A DNA stretch of 62,992 nucleotides, filler included, from Octopus bimaculoides (taxonomy: Eukaryota): the NCBI RefSeq assembly GCF_001194135.2. It is 6 parts of 5 records of this genome, joined end to end, with 100 filler letters (N's around TTAATTAATTAA, not from the genome) between each part and the next. Parts side by side here need not be neighbours in the genome. Positions count along the whole stretch, not along the records: positions 45,893 to 61,452 come from NC_068990.1; positions 61,553 to 62,992 come from NC_068983.1; 4 more parts are not named here. One strand, 5' to 3'. The notes under the pieces were generated by a model, which was given only the letters and a program-made list of their open reading frames with translations, made no database searches and was not told the origin of the DNA. The position numbers and the translations under genes are program-made. The stretch's first letter is position 1, and each line of letters begins with the position of its first letter. Below are positions 51,933-62,992 of this stretch, one piece after another.

Positions 51933-53122
51933 TTTTAAAACAGCAGGTTGTAATAATAATGAAGCTTTGGCTGTTATGTCTAGCAGACCGAGCAAGCACC
52001 TAGAGGCTTCTCAAGCTGGCTCGTAAAAGTATTCAGTTTCATTTCCTTGCGACCGGAGTTCGATTACTTCCGGGATCGATAAAAGAAAGAACTAGTCAAG
52101 CACTGGAGAGAATTTAATCGAATCTTTATGTCCATGGCAAAATAAAATAAATAAAAACAACAAAAACATTATTGTCATTATTATGCTTGTTAATCACTCC
52201 TAGAATTACCTCTGATCACAGGTTCTGCTCGGTGAGGCTTGACCTAAGGCTAAACAGTGACAGCAAAATCTTGTAACTAATATTACGGTCCCAGAAGGAT
52301 GAGAGACAAAGCCAACAACGATAGAATTTGAACAGAAATCGTTACAAAGCACACCTTATCTTCATATTCAAACATGTTACAAATTTTCCAGTGACTTTCA
52401 GATCTTAATTTGAGCTCTATTTTTGTGGATATTTTGTGTGTATCGTGTATAACAAAAAAAAAACACATGCTTTTGTATTTAATTACTCATGAAAGCGAAT
52501 ATCGAAACAGAATTCGTGGTCAAGTTTGTTATTCGTTGGTTGTTGTCGCTGTTGAGCTCAATAGAACCTCGAAAAGACTACATTTCCTAGAATGTCGTAT
52601 CCTTATTTAAAACGGAAGGATGCAATGTGATAGACATTTGGCTGCTATTTCTAGCAGTATGTTCAGCGAGCACGTTGAAGGGTTGGCTGCTTTGTTGGCA
52701 TGTATGTAGTGTTGGTTGATGTGTGTCGTGATAAGGAAGGGAGATCTAAGCGAAAGATACTCCATCACAGGGATGTTATATATATGTTAACAGCAGTAAC
52801 ACATCATCCACTTGCATATTATTATAACACGTATTTTTAATTTCTCTCTCTCTCTCTCTCTCTCTCTTTTATGAATTGATTCACACTGAAGCCATAGCAC
52901 CTACGTGGTAGGAGTCTTTACAATAAGAACAATGACAATGAACTCGGAAGATGCAAGAGGATCGTTGAACTAACAACAATAACAACAGTACATGTGTGCG
53001 TGTGTGTATATATATATATACACACTCACATGGAAAATAAAATATTTCCTTCGCTAATTGTTCCCTCGTGTACTTAACCGGTTGACAGTTTAATATTAAA
53101 ATTTAATTTAAAAAATTTAAAC

Positions 53123-53158
<36 letters not shown>

Positions 53159-54107
53159 TTATAATCACATGTGCGTGTGTAGAAATATAAATATATAAAT
53201 GCACACACACATATATATATAGTAGGCATATAGGCACGTACACACTTCGCTGCTGTTTAACACTAGGTCAGCTCTGAGCAAATCTATGATCAAAAGCATT
53301 CCGGTCGTGACCATTCCGTCTGTGTGTGTGTATCCAAGACTAGTGTTCAGTATGTCCTTGTTTTACGTATATGAGGGAATTGAACTACTATTACCAGCCA
53401 GTAGAGCGGCTCAATGTTCTGTTCGTGTACATGCATGCATGCATGCATGTACGTATGTAATGCATATTTGTGAGCGCGTGTATAAAATGCGAGTGTTGTA
53501 CAAGAAAGTAAGCATCAAGTCTCCATATTCACACACAGGGAATAGGGTAAATGGAAATATTATTATTATTATTAATTATTATAAAATCTATGTATTTTCA
53601 AAGGGCTCGTAAATCAAACAGATAAAATATATTTCGAATTGAAACTGCAGTTTTGTTGAGGAATAAAGACATACAGCATCAATGAGGATGCCGTTGGTGT
53701 ATAAAGAACACTGGATTAAAAATAATAAAATAAGTGTGTCTGTGTGTGCGAGTGTATATGTGTGAAAACCAATGAAGTCAATGGCGCGAGTATTTCATAA
53801 ATGGCCAACATGACTAAACGAAAATACGAACTCGAGCTTTTACACGTGTGTTTTTGTACTTAAACGGCAGTGAATCAGAACTAATTTTTAATCAATTGAA
53901 ATTATACCGTTATATATACATATATAAATACATATATGCACGCACTCAAATTTATACTCCCTCAACGCAAGCATATATATATATTAATATAAATAATATA
54001 TATTCCCTCAACGCATGCATATATATGAATATAAATAATATAAAGACATAGGTATAGTGATGCAAACAAGATAAACAGAACTCAATATATGAGTATATTT
54101 ATATTTT

Positions 54108-54220
54108 TATTGATATTTAGCAGAAGCAACAGAGTGACTCGGGGTTCGAGAGTTTCGGACGTTGGCACAACATGAAACTTTTAGCCCTTGAGTCACTGTT
54201 ACTTCTGTTAAATATTAATA
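54108..54220 (+). other. 113-nt imperfect palindrome (long hairpin)
   Basis: 5' arm tattgatatttagcagaagcaacagagtgactcggggttcgagagtttcggacgttg pairs with 3' arm caacatgaaacttttagcccttgagtcactgttacttctgttaaatattaata; loop gca at 54165-54167. Confidence 0.85.
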
Positions 54221-54296
54221 TATATGTATATATACACACACACACACTTACATACAACATACACATATATATCCCTCAATGCATGTATATATAATG

Positions 54297-54344
<48 letters not shown>

Positions 54345-54354
54345 NNNNNNNNNN

Positions 54355-54574
54355 TTACTTGTTTCAGTCATTTGACTGTGGCCATGCTGGAGCACAGCCG
54401 TTAGTCGAGCAAATCGACCCCAGGACTTATTCTTTGTAACCCTAGTACTTATTCTATCGGTCTCTTTTACCGAATCGCTAAGTAACGGGGACGTAAACAC
54501 ACCAGCATCGGTTTCAAGCGATGTTGTGGGGACAAACACAGACACACAAACATATTCACACACACACACACAAA

Positions 54575-54606
<32 letters not shown>

Positions 54607-54730
54607 CGACGGGCTTCTTTCAGTTTCTGTCTACCAAATCCACTCACAAGGCTTTGGTAGGCCCAAGGCTGTAATAGAAGACACTTGCCCAGGATGCCAC
54701 GCAGTAGGACTGAATCCAGAACCATATGGT
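54355..54730 (-). mobile_element. SINE family A, young, 5' end slightly truncated
   Basis: ttacttgtttcagtcatttgactgtggccatgctggagcac...gacgtaaacacaccagcatcgg...(TA)n cgacgggcttctttcagtttc...ggactgaatccagaaccat. Confidence 0.93.
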
Positions 54731-55568
54731 TTATATATACATAGATACATACACACAGATATATATATATATATACGCACACAGCATATAGGCAATGGAT
54801 ATACCATATATGTGTGTAGGTGGATAACGCGTATGTCTGTGTATACGTTCAAGACGTTACATACTGGATGACTCCTTCTGTGTAGCTGTTAATGGATGGA
54901 AACTGAAAGTACATCATGTGTGTGTATGTATTTGTCAGGTCATTTATAAGGTTCCTCGTGAATGATACTGGTAACATGGGATCCAGTACAACCTGTTGCA
55001 TGAATGTATGGGGTTGTGTTGCAATAAAATTCAAAATATTTTTCACATTTAATAATAAAGACAAAAGGCCTAAATAAAATAGATCCTAATTCTAGATACT
55101 GTGCATTTTAATAGACAAAAAGAATATTTCCTTTCTCCAGCAATTACCAAATATATTATGTGTATGTATATATATATGTGTGTGTAGGTGTATGTTGTAG
55201 GTTCAGTGGTGCATGTTAGGGGGAAAAAAGAGTATTCAATATCATAGTAGAAATTACATAATGTATTTTATTTTGGTAGAGTCAGTCTCCTGCGAGGGTC
55301 TTCAGGCAATTTACAAGTGGAAAAGAATGATGGATTTTGCACATTTAAATAGAATATTGGGTTCCAGTCCTAGGAGTATGATATGATGGTGGAGAGAAAA
55401 TGTGCTGAAAAGGAAAAAGAAAAGTGGAAAAGAGAAGAAGAGGAAAGGAAAAGTGTGCTATGATAGGAGTGAGAACCCTGTGCATGCAGTCAAAATCTCA
55501 GAATAGCAGGAGACTTACTGGACCAAAATAAAATACATAATTAATTAATCAATGTACGTAAGCTTGCA

Positions 55569-55854
55569 GGTGCAGGCATGGCTGTGTGGTAAGAAGCTTG
55601 CTTCCCAACCACATGGTTCCGGGTTCAGTGCCACAGCATGGCACCTTCAGCCAGTGTCTTCTTTATTAGACTCGAGCTGACAAAAAGCCTTGTGAACGGA
55701 TTTGGTAGACAGAGACTGAAAGAAGCCTGGTGTGTTTATGTCCCCATAACTTAGCAGTTCAGCAAGGGAGACCAATAGAATAAGTACCAGTCTTAAACAA
55801 GTACTGAGGTTGACTCATTCAACTAAAAATTCTTGAAGTTGGTGCCCCAGCATG
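55569..55854 (+). mobile_element. SINE family A lacking the internal microsatellite segment
   Basis: ggtgcaggcatggctgtgtggtaagaagcttgcttcccaaccacatggttccgggttcag...gaaagaagcc|tggtgtgtttatgtcccc...ggtgccccagcatg. Confidence 0.9.
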
Positions 55855-56175
55855 NNNNNNNNNNNNNNNNNNNNNNNNNNNNNNNNNNNNNNNNNNNNNN
55901 NNNNNNNNNNNNNNNNNNNNNNNNNNNNNNNNNNNNNNNNNNNNNNNNNNNNNNNNNNNNNNNNNNNNNNNNNNNNNNNNNNNNNNNNNNNNNNNNNNNN
56001 NNNNNNNNNNNNNNNNNNNNNNNNNNNNNNNNNNNNNNNNNNNNNNNNNNNNNNNNNNNNNNNNNNNNNNNAGGTAAAACATACTATTGCCTTGAGTGGA
56101 ATTTGCTTGACAATAACTGTTTAGAAGTCCGTGTGTGTGTGTGTGTGTGTGTGCGTGTATACATGCACACATGTA

Positions 56176-56408
56176 CAGGGTTGGCCAAAAGTCACCTGAC
56201 AGTAAATCAAAACCATTTAATTCCAAGATTTATTTATGTTTAACAACTGAATGAATTTAATAAAAGCATCTAAATATGAAACATCATGAAAATTGTTCAA
56301 ACTGAAATCCTTCTTGAGCAACACATTTTTCTATTCGAGTCAATACAGAATTACAGATAGTATTTATGGAATTTTGATTTACTGCCGGGTGACTTTTGGC
56401 CAACCCAG
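56176..56408. mobile_element. 233-bp Tc1/mariner-type MITE
   Basis: TA|cagggttggccaaaagtcacctgacagtaaatcaaaa ... ttttgatttactgccgggtgacttttggccaacccag|TA: ~37-bp TIRs with TA target duplication. Confidence 0.9.
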
Positions 56409-57994
56409 TATATGTGTGTGCAAGCTCACTGCTCATTAGTCACAAGTGGAACCATTATAAACAAAACAGAGATACTATGCATGTGCAACTGATAATGTTT
56501 AACTAGAGCTACTTTTAATTCATAATTTAATTTTCTTTCACATGTGCTACGCCCCAGCACATCAGCAAATAGACTTCTATCTGTTTGCATATAAGCCCCA
56601 CACCACCTGTTCACTTTATTTCGAGATGATCTGAGTTTGTGGTAATTGATAAGCCACAATAATAGTGAAATATCGATCGGTATCTACCATTCTCAGCCAT
56701 CCAAGGTAAGTTATCTTACCTAGTCTGTGACATTCAGGTGCTCTTTAACACTCGGTGTTATGTAGGGAGTATTCCCTGGACGCTATCCTGCATAAACAAA
56801 ACACATACACTATGTATGTGTGACTGATTACATACATGTCTATTTTATGATTTCTCCTAGGCATAGCAATCTTAATAACCAGTTGTTAGAACTCAATATA
56901 CTCACTCATGTTTTAGGAAAGTACAGAGTGAAATATTAATGAATGCACTTCATTTTACTCTGAAGAAGCAATTGCATAAGCACTCAGCTCCGAGTGCACT
57001 ATGTAAGACTGATGAGGTTTTGTTTACAATCAGTATACACATGTTGAATCAAAGGTAATACAAACTCAGTCATGCACATAAACACATGTATATATATATG
57101 TATATACAATATACTCCCAGTTTCCATCTGCCAAATTTCATTCACAAGTAGCCAACTACATCTATGCAGTAAGGGAAAACTCCAAACCATGTGGTTCTCT
57201 CTCTCTCTCTCTCTCCCTCTATCTATCTATCTATATTATATATATATATATATATATNNNNNNNNNNNNNNNNNNNNNNNNNNNNNNNNNNNNNNNNNNN
57301 NNNNNNNNNNNNNNNNNNNNNNNNNNNNNNNNNNNNNNNNNNNNNNNNNNNNNNNNNNNNNNNNNNNNNNNNNNNNNNNNNNNNNNNNNNNNNNNNNNNN
57401 NNNNNNNNNNNNNNNNNNNNNNNNNNNNNNNNNNNNNNNNNNNNNNNNNNNNNNNNNNNNNNNNNNNNNNNNNNNNNNNNNNNNNNNNNNNNNNNNNNNN
57501 NNNNNNNNNNNNNNNNNNNNNNNNNNNNNNNNNNNNNNNNNNNNNNNNNNNNNNNNNNNNNNNNNNNNNNNNNNNNNNNNNNNNNNNNNNNNNNNNNNNN
57601 NNNNNNNNNNNNNNNNNNNNNNNNNNNNNNNNNNNNNNNNNNNNNNNNNNNNNNNNNNNNNNNNNNNNNNNNNNNNNNNNNNNNNNNNNNNNNNNNNNNN
57701 NNNNNNNNNNNNNNNNNNNNNNNNNNNNNNNNNNNNNNNNNNNNNNNNNNNNNNNNNNNNNNNNNNNNNNNNNNNNNNNNNNNNNNNNNNNNNNNNNNNN
57801 NNNNNNNNNNNNNNNNNNNNNNNNNNNNNNNNNNNNNNNNNNNNNNNNNNNNNNNNNNNNNNNNNNNNNNNNNNNNNNNNNNNNNNNNNNNNNNNNNNNN
57901 NNNNNNNNNNNNNNNNNNNNNNNNNNNNNNNNNNNNNNNNNNNNNNNNNNNNNNNNNNNNNNNNNNNTATATATATATATATATATATATATAT

Positions 57995-58213
57995 CATCAT
58001 CATCATCGTTTAACGTCCGCTTTCCATGCTAGCATGGGTTGGACGATTTGACTGAGGACTGGCAAGCCAGAAGGCTCCACCAGGCTCCAATCTGATCTGG
58101 CAGAGTTTCTACAGCTGGATGCCCTTCCTAACACCAACCACTCCGAGAGTGTAGTGGGTGCTTTTATGTGCCACCGGCACGAGGGCCAGTCACACAGTAC
58201 TGGCAATGGCCAT
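57995..58213 (-). mobile_element. 3' part of a further SINE/LINE-derived repeat with (GAT)n tail
   Basis: Minus strand: ggtgttaggaagggcatccagctgtagaaactctgccagatcagattggagcctggtgg...ccaacccatgctagcatggaaagcggacgttaaacgatgatgatg. Confidence 0.75.
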
Positions 58214-59329
58214 ATATATATATGTGTGTGTGTAGAGAGAGAGAGAGAAAGAGGGAGAGCTGAGAACAATAAATGTACATAGCTTTATTCTAATCATTGC
58301 TGCTCAGTGAGCCTTTTATTAATCAATTCTAGCTTTGACAATGCTTTGCACATGCCAGTAAACCTTTTATTTCTTGTTTACATATAAGAAAAGCAGTTTT
58401 TAGTGGGCTTTAAACAACAGAATCGCTGTCTGTAGCTGATGAGGTATAATAATGCAGAAACATGTTTTCTACAGTCTGATGATGTCATTATAGTATCCTT
58501 TCTACTCAAGTTATGGTATTAAAGAGATAAAAATAAATAAGATCTTGTTCTTGGTGTGCAGCCTTCAAACAAATTTTGTTTTGTTTTGTTTTTGTTACAT
58601 TTTCAGAGATGTGTGGTGGAAACAATTTAATTGTCCCAATAATTATCTTCAGTTATTACTGTGAACATCAAGAATGGCTGTTCCTTCCTTTATTTATTTA
58701 ATATTTATTTTGNNNNNNNNNNNNNNNNNNNNNNNNNNNNNNNNNNNNNNNNNNNNNNNNNNNNNNNNNNNNNNNNNNNNNNNNNNNNNNNNNNNNNNNN
58801 NNNNNNNNNNNNNNNNNNNNNNNNNNNNNNNNNNNNNNNNNNNNNNNNNNNNNNNNNNNNNNNNNNNNNNNNNNNNNNNNNNNNNNNNNNNNNNNNNNNN
58901 NNNNNNNNNNNNNNNNNNNNNNNNNNNNNNNNNNNNNNNNNNNNNNNNNNNNNNNNNNNNNNNNNNNNNNNNNNNNNNNNNNNNNNNNNNNNNNNNNNNN
59001 NNNNNNNNNNNNNNNNNNNNNNNNNNNNNNNNNNNNNNNNNNNNNNNNNNNNNNNNNNNNNNNNNNNNNNNNNNNNNNNNNNNNNNNNNNNNNNNNNNNN
59101 NNNNNNNNNNNNNNNNNNNNNNNNNNNNNNNNNNNNNNNNNNNNNNNNNNNNNNNNNNNNNNNNNNNNNNNNNNNNNNNNNNNNNNNNNNNNNNNNNNNN
59201 NNNNNNNNNNNNNNNNNNNNNNNNNNNNNNNNNNNNNNNNNNNNNNNNNNNNNNNNNNNNNNNNNNNNNNNNNNNNNNNNNNNNNNNNNNNNNNNNNNNN
59301 NNNNNNNNNNNNNNNNNNNNNNNNNNNNN

Positions 59330-59672
59330 GCAAGTGTCTTCTACTATAGTCTCGGGCCGACCAAAGCCTTGTGAGTGGATTTGGTAGACGGAAACTGAAA
59401 GAAGCCCGTCGTATATATGTATATATATATATGTGTGTCTGTCTGTGTGTGTATGTTTGTGTGTCTGTGATTGTCCCCCCAACATCGCTTGACAACCGAT
59501 GCTGGTGTGTTTACGTCCCCGTAACTTAGTGGTTCGGCAAAAGAGACCGATAGAATAAGTACTAGGCTTACAAAGAATAAGTCCTGGGGTCGATTTGCTC
59601 GACTAAAGGTGGTGCTCCAGCATGGCCGCAGTCAAATGACTGAAACAAGTAAAAGAGTAAAAAAAAAAGAGT
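59330..59672 (+). mobile_element. SINE family A, young copy (head lies in the gap)
   Basis: gcaagtgtcttctactatagtctcgggccgaccaaagcc...aaagaataagtcctggggtcgatttgctcgactaaagg...catggccgcagtcaaatgactgaaacaagtaaaagag. Confidence 0.93.
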
Positions 59673-60364
59673 AATACACTGAGCAGTGAGAATGATGTAG
59701 AGTTGGTATGTTCAAAAGAAAAGTAAGGTCATTGTAAGAAGCTAAGTGGACAGGACACAAGTCATTCATAGGTCAGAGATTAAAGGTTGAAGCAATTAAA
59801 CAATGACAACCACACACACACACAAATACACAGAGTGCACTTTTGAAGAATTAAACTAAATCATTTACCAATAAATAACCAAGCTCTAAACAAGAAAACA
59901 TAGGAACATTTTAGAAATGGAAGAAAGAAAATTTATCGAATCTGATTCAAATTTGGAAAAATCAGTAAAATTAGTGATTTTCTAGAATGCTTCTGTTTAA
60001 AGATGATTCCAATTTTAAGAGTATCCTTTAAAACCATTTTGACAACAATCTCCCTAGTTCTTTGATATAATATCCACTTTTTAAGAGTTTGTATCTAAAA
60101 AACAATGTCCATTCTAATTTTATGAAGTATCTTTTTTGATAAGTTATATTTCAAATGCCAACTTAATGATGAAAAAGCTATTTTATGAAGTAGTTGCACT
60201 TGTCTTGTAAGTGATTTTGATTTGAGACTAAGTATTAAACATGAAGTAATTATTACATTTTAGAAGAGTCACATTAGCCATTTAAAAACACACAAAATCC
60301 AGTTTCCATTTATTCTTTGAGGTGTTAAAATTTCTGTTGCACAACTGCGACCTTATCACTGACA

Positions 60365-60720
60365 TGTCCATCAATCCATCCATCTTCTTCCCCCCACTAT
60401 TCCTGAGAGGGTTGTGGAGGTAGGGTCCTCAAGCACCTCTTTCACAAGGTCCAATCACAAGCAACCAAGACTTTCTAGCTAGATTGCCAAGCATGACCAG
60501 CTAAGACTATGGATGTTATCCAACCACCTTGTTCTTGGTCTTCCTCTAAGTCTCCTGTCAGTTGATTTGACTTGAAGAATCCATCTTGCAATTCTTTCCT
60601 GTGACATTTGAATCACATGTCCATAGTACCTGACCTGTGACCTCTCAATGCAGAGAAGTAGCAGCACAACCTGCAGAGACTCTGATTTCTGAGTTACACA
60701 CCAACATAATTCCATGGTAA
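60365..60720 (-). mobile_element. RTE-type LINE 3' end with (GATG)n-like tail
   Basis: LLLCIERSQVRYYGHVIQMSQERIARWILQVKSTDRRLRGRPRTRWLDNIHSLSWSCLAI (GRPR.RW RTE C-terminal motif), followed by ...gaagaagatggatggattgatgg. Confidence 0.85.
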
Positions 60721-62271
60721 TTCATAGGAATTGTGTTGCAGTGAAACTATATCAGAGCCCAAGCTACAATTGTGAAATGAAAATTTTGAAACCTCAAGAA
60801 ATAAAATAAAAAGTTAATGCAACTGAATTTTGCATGGTTTTAAATTGCTCTCCCACAATGTAACTGCTGTGATTTTATTAAGTTCCTCCAACTTCATTAT
60901 TTTCTAAATTAATTGAAACACATAGGTGGTGTATTTCAATAAAAATATGATATGCAAAGATTAAAGGAATTTTACTTAGAACAAAATTTTCAAGCGAAGA
61001 TTTGGCTTATCTAATCAGCACTTTTCATAACTGCTAAGAGAGAATGTCAAATATATAAAGAAAGATAAAATGCAATAATTGTTATTAAATTCTTATATTT
61101 TAATAATTGTATTTAGTTGAAGTTCATTAAAAGAATTTGCATGCTAAAAAAAAAAAAGGAATTAAATCAAATACTTTCTTTAAACACTAGATATGATGTC
61201 ATATTCCACTTGCCTTAATAGGTTATAAAGGTGGAGCTTGTATAAGAAGAGTTTACACATGTACAAAAGCTACAGTCAGACAGGCAAATGTGGCATTTTA
61301 TATATATTGATTATTGGTTTCTAAAAGGATAATTTAAAAGCTTTCATCAACTTCCACATGCCAAAATAGCAGAGGATTTTTTTTTGTTGTTGTTTCCTTT
61401 CTCCTTGCATATTGAGCCAACAACATTGAAAAAAAAAAAAAAAAAAAAAAAANNNNNNNNNNNNNNNNNNNNNNNNNNNNNNNNNNNNNNNNNNNNTTAA
61501 TTAATTAANNNNNNNNNNNNNNNNNNNNNNNNNNNNNNNNNNNNNNNNNNNNGCCGCAGTCAAATGACTGAAACAAGTAAAAGAGTATATATATATATAT
61601 ATATATACACATATATATATATACATATATATATACATATATATATACATATATATATATAGTGTGTGAAGTTATAATTAGAAAAACAATCAATATTGAA
61701 CTGTAGAATTGCTCAATGCGTTTTTGTTGAGTACTTGTGTTAAACTTATCGAATCAACATTTTCCCCTCTTTATAAACATGAAATTTGATTCTATTTTAA
61801 AGAGAATTCGCTATCACCCCTTGTTGATTGACCGCCTGGCAAGTCATTGATCAGTTTAATCGCAAAGTGTAGTCTTGATTGAATCGTAGTTATTCGATCC
61901 TTCGTGGCATTGTTATAAGAGTCTAATAACTGGAAAATGGACCAGAAGATAAACAACGACTACTACTTGTTGATTCGATGTCTTGTAGATCTTTAAAGTC
62001 AAGAATAGATTAAACTAATCCATTACACTTGTGATACCGAAATAATAACTTTACCAGATGGCACTCAACGAAACATGTACTACCGATGTTAGACACGACA
62101 AAATTGGATTTGTCATGCATGATTTAATTCCCGAGTATGTCTGAAACATTTTGGTAAACATGGAATATTGTCTTGCCCTTAGGGCATCGCATTCAACACG
62201 TTCAGTTTGGAAACGAATACGCTCTTAAAGAGGTGGCTTTCTTATCTGCTTTGCAAATTACGAATTAACCA

Positions 62272-62478
62272 TAAGGCGACGAGCAGGCAAAATCGTTAGC
62301 ACGTCAAGCAAAATGCTTAAGCGACATTTCGTCTGAGTTCAAATTCTGCCGAGATCAATTTTGCTTTTCGTCCTTTTGGGGTCGATAAAATAAGTACCAG
62401 TTGAGCACTGGGATCGATGTAATCGACTTATCTTGTCCCTCTAACTTGTTGGCCTTTAGTCAAAATTTGAAACCAGTT
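62272..62478 (+). mobile_element. SINE family B
   Basis: aaggcgacgagcaggcaaaatcgttagcac...gagttcaaattctgccgag...ccttttggggtcgataaaataagtaccagttgagcactgggatcgatgtaatcgact...aaatttgaaacc. Confidence 0.9.
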
Positions 62479-62992
62479 ACTCACGAATAAAGGAAAACGA
62501 AAATAAAATAAAAAGATTGTAGACGAACATAGCTGTTTTAAGAAACTAATTGTGTGTTCATTTAGTAAATATATCCATATAAATAAAGTACAATTTAAAT
62601 AGGTGGGTGATGGATGAGACCGAATTAACTCGGCATATTTATTATCCAGCTGAATACAAAATGCAATATTTCATCACACCCTTACGTACTCGATAAATAG
62701 CTAGCCGTCTACTCGTTTTACTCGGATCAATAATTATTAATTATCAATTGCCGAGATCAATTATAACTTCCAGTCAGCCAGCCTTTATATATCTTAAATG
62801 CTGATCGGTCGTTTTAACCAATAATTATCGAGTATAAATCTATCCCAGTATTTCATACACTATTTATATTGTCCAGCTTTTCGAAATTGTATACATTTTA
62901 AAGTGAGACTTCGGTATTTTTTTTAAGGCATAGCTTGGAGGGAATCGGAGAAAATTAGAGTTTTCTTTTGATTTACTTCACAATATATGTAT

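Noticed and set aside
58575-58700. Strong polypyrimidine tract + TTTTCAG acceptor-like site at ~58607
   Set aside because: The downstream frames are short and unrecognisable, and the next gap hides any donor; needs RNA-seq.

Overview
Eukaryotic, AT-rich, microsatellite-dense draft-genome sequence with about 8 kb of N gaps. The SINE families, Dong/R4 and RTE LINEs and the gap style point to an Octopus genome; this is inference from remembered repeat families, not a database search. I could not support any host protein-coding exon, rRNA, tRNA gene or CRISPR array. Nearly all ORF-track entries are low-complexity or N-gap artefacts, or transposon remnants. Retroelements: a degenerate Neptune-type Penelope-like element (RT + GIY-YIG, ~1-2330, minus) with a different family's GIY-YIG C-terminus upstream; three Dong/R4 LINE remnants; three RTE-type remnants, one ending in two C2H2 fingers; and a CR1/L2-type remnant. 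DNA transposons: five Tc1/mariner-superfamily elements (two DD34D Hsmar1-like mariners, a full-length DD36E Incomer-type element, a DD37D maT element, a Tigger/pogo remnant) plus several MITE/foldback elements. More than 20 SINE copies are present. Most notable observations: the DD36E element in an apparent mollusc, the chimeric Penelope tandem with a hammerhead-like motif cut by the window edge, a 113-nt G:U-rich hairpin, and a ~480-bp element whose inverted ends carry CSL, octamer and CCAAT motifs. I found no convincing novel multi-gene system.
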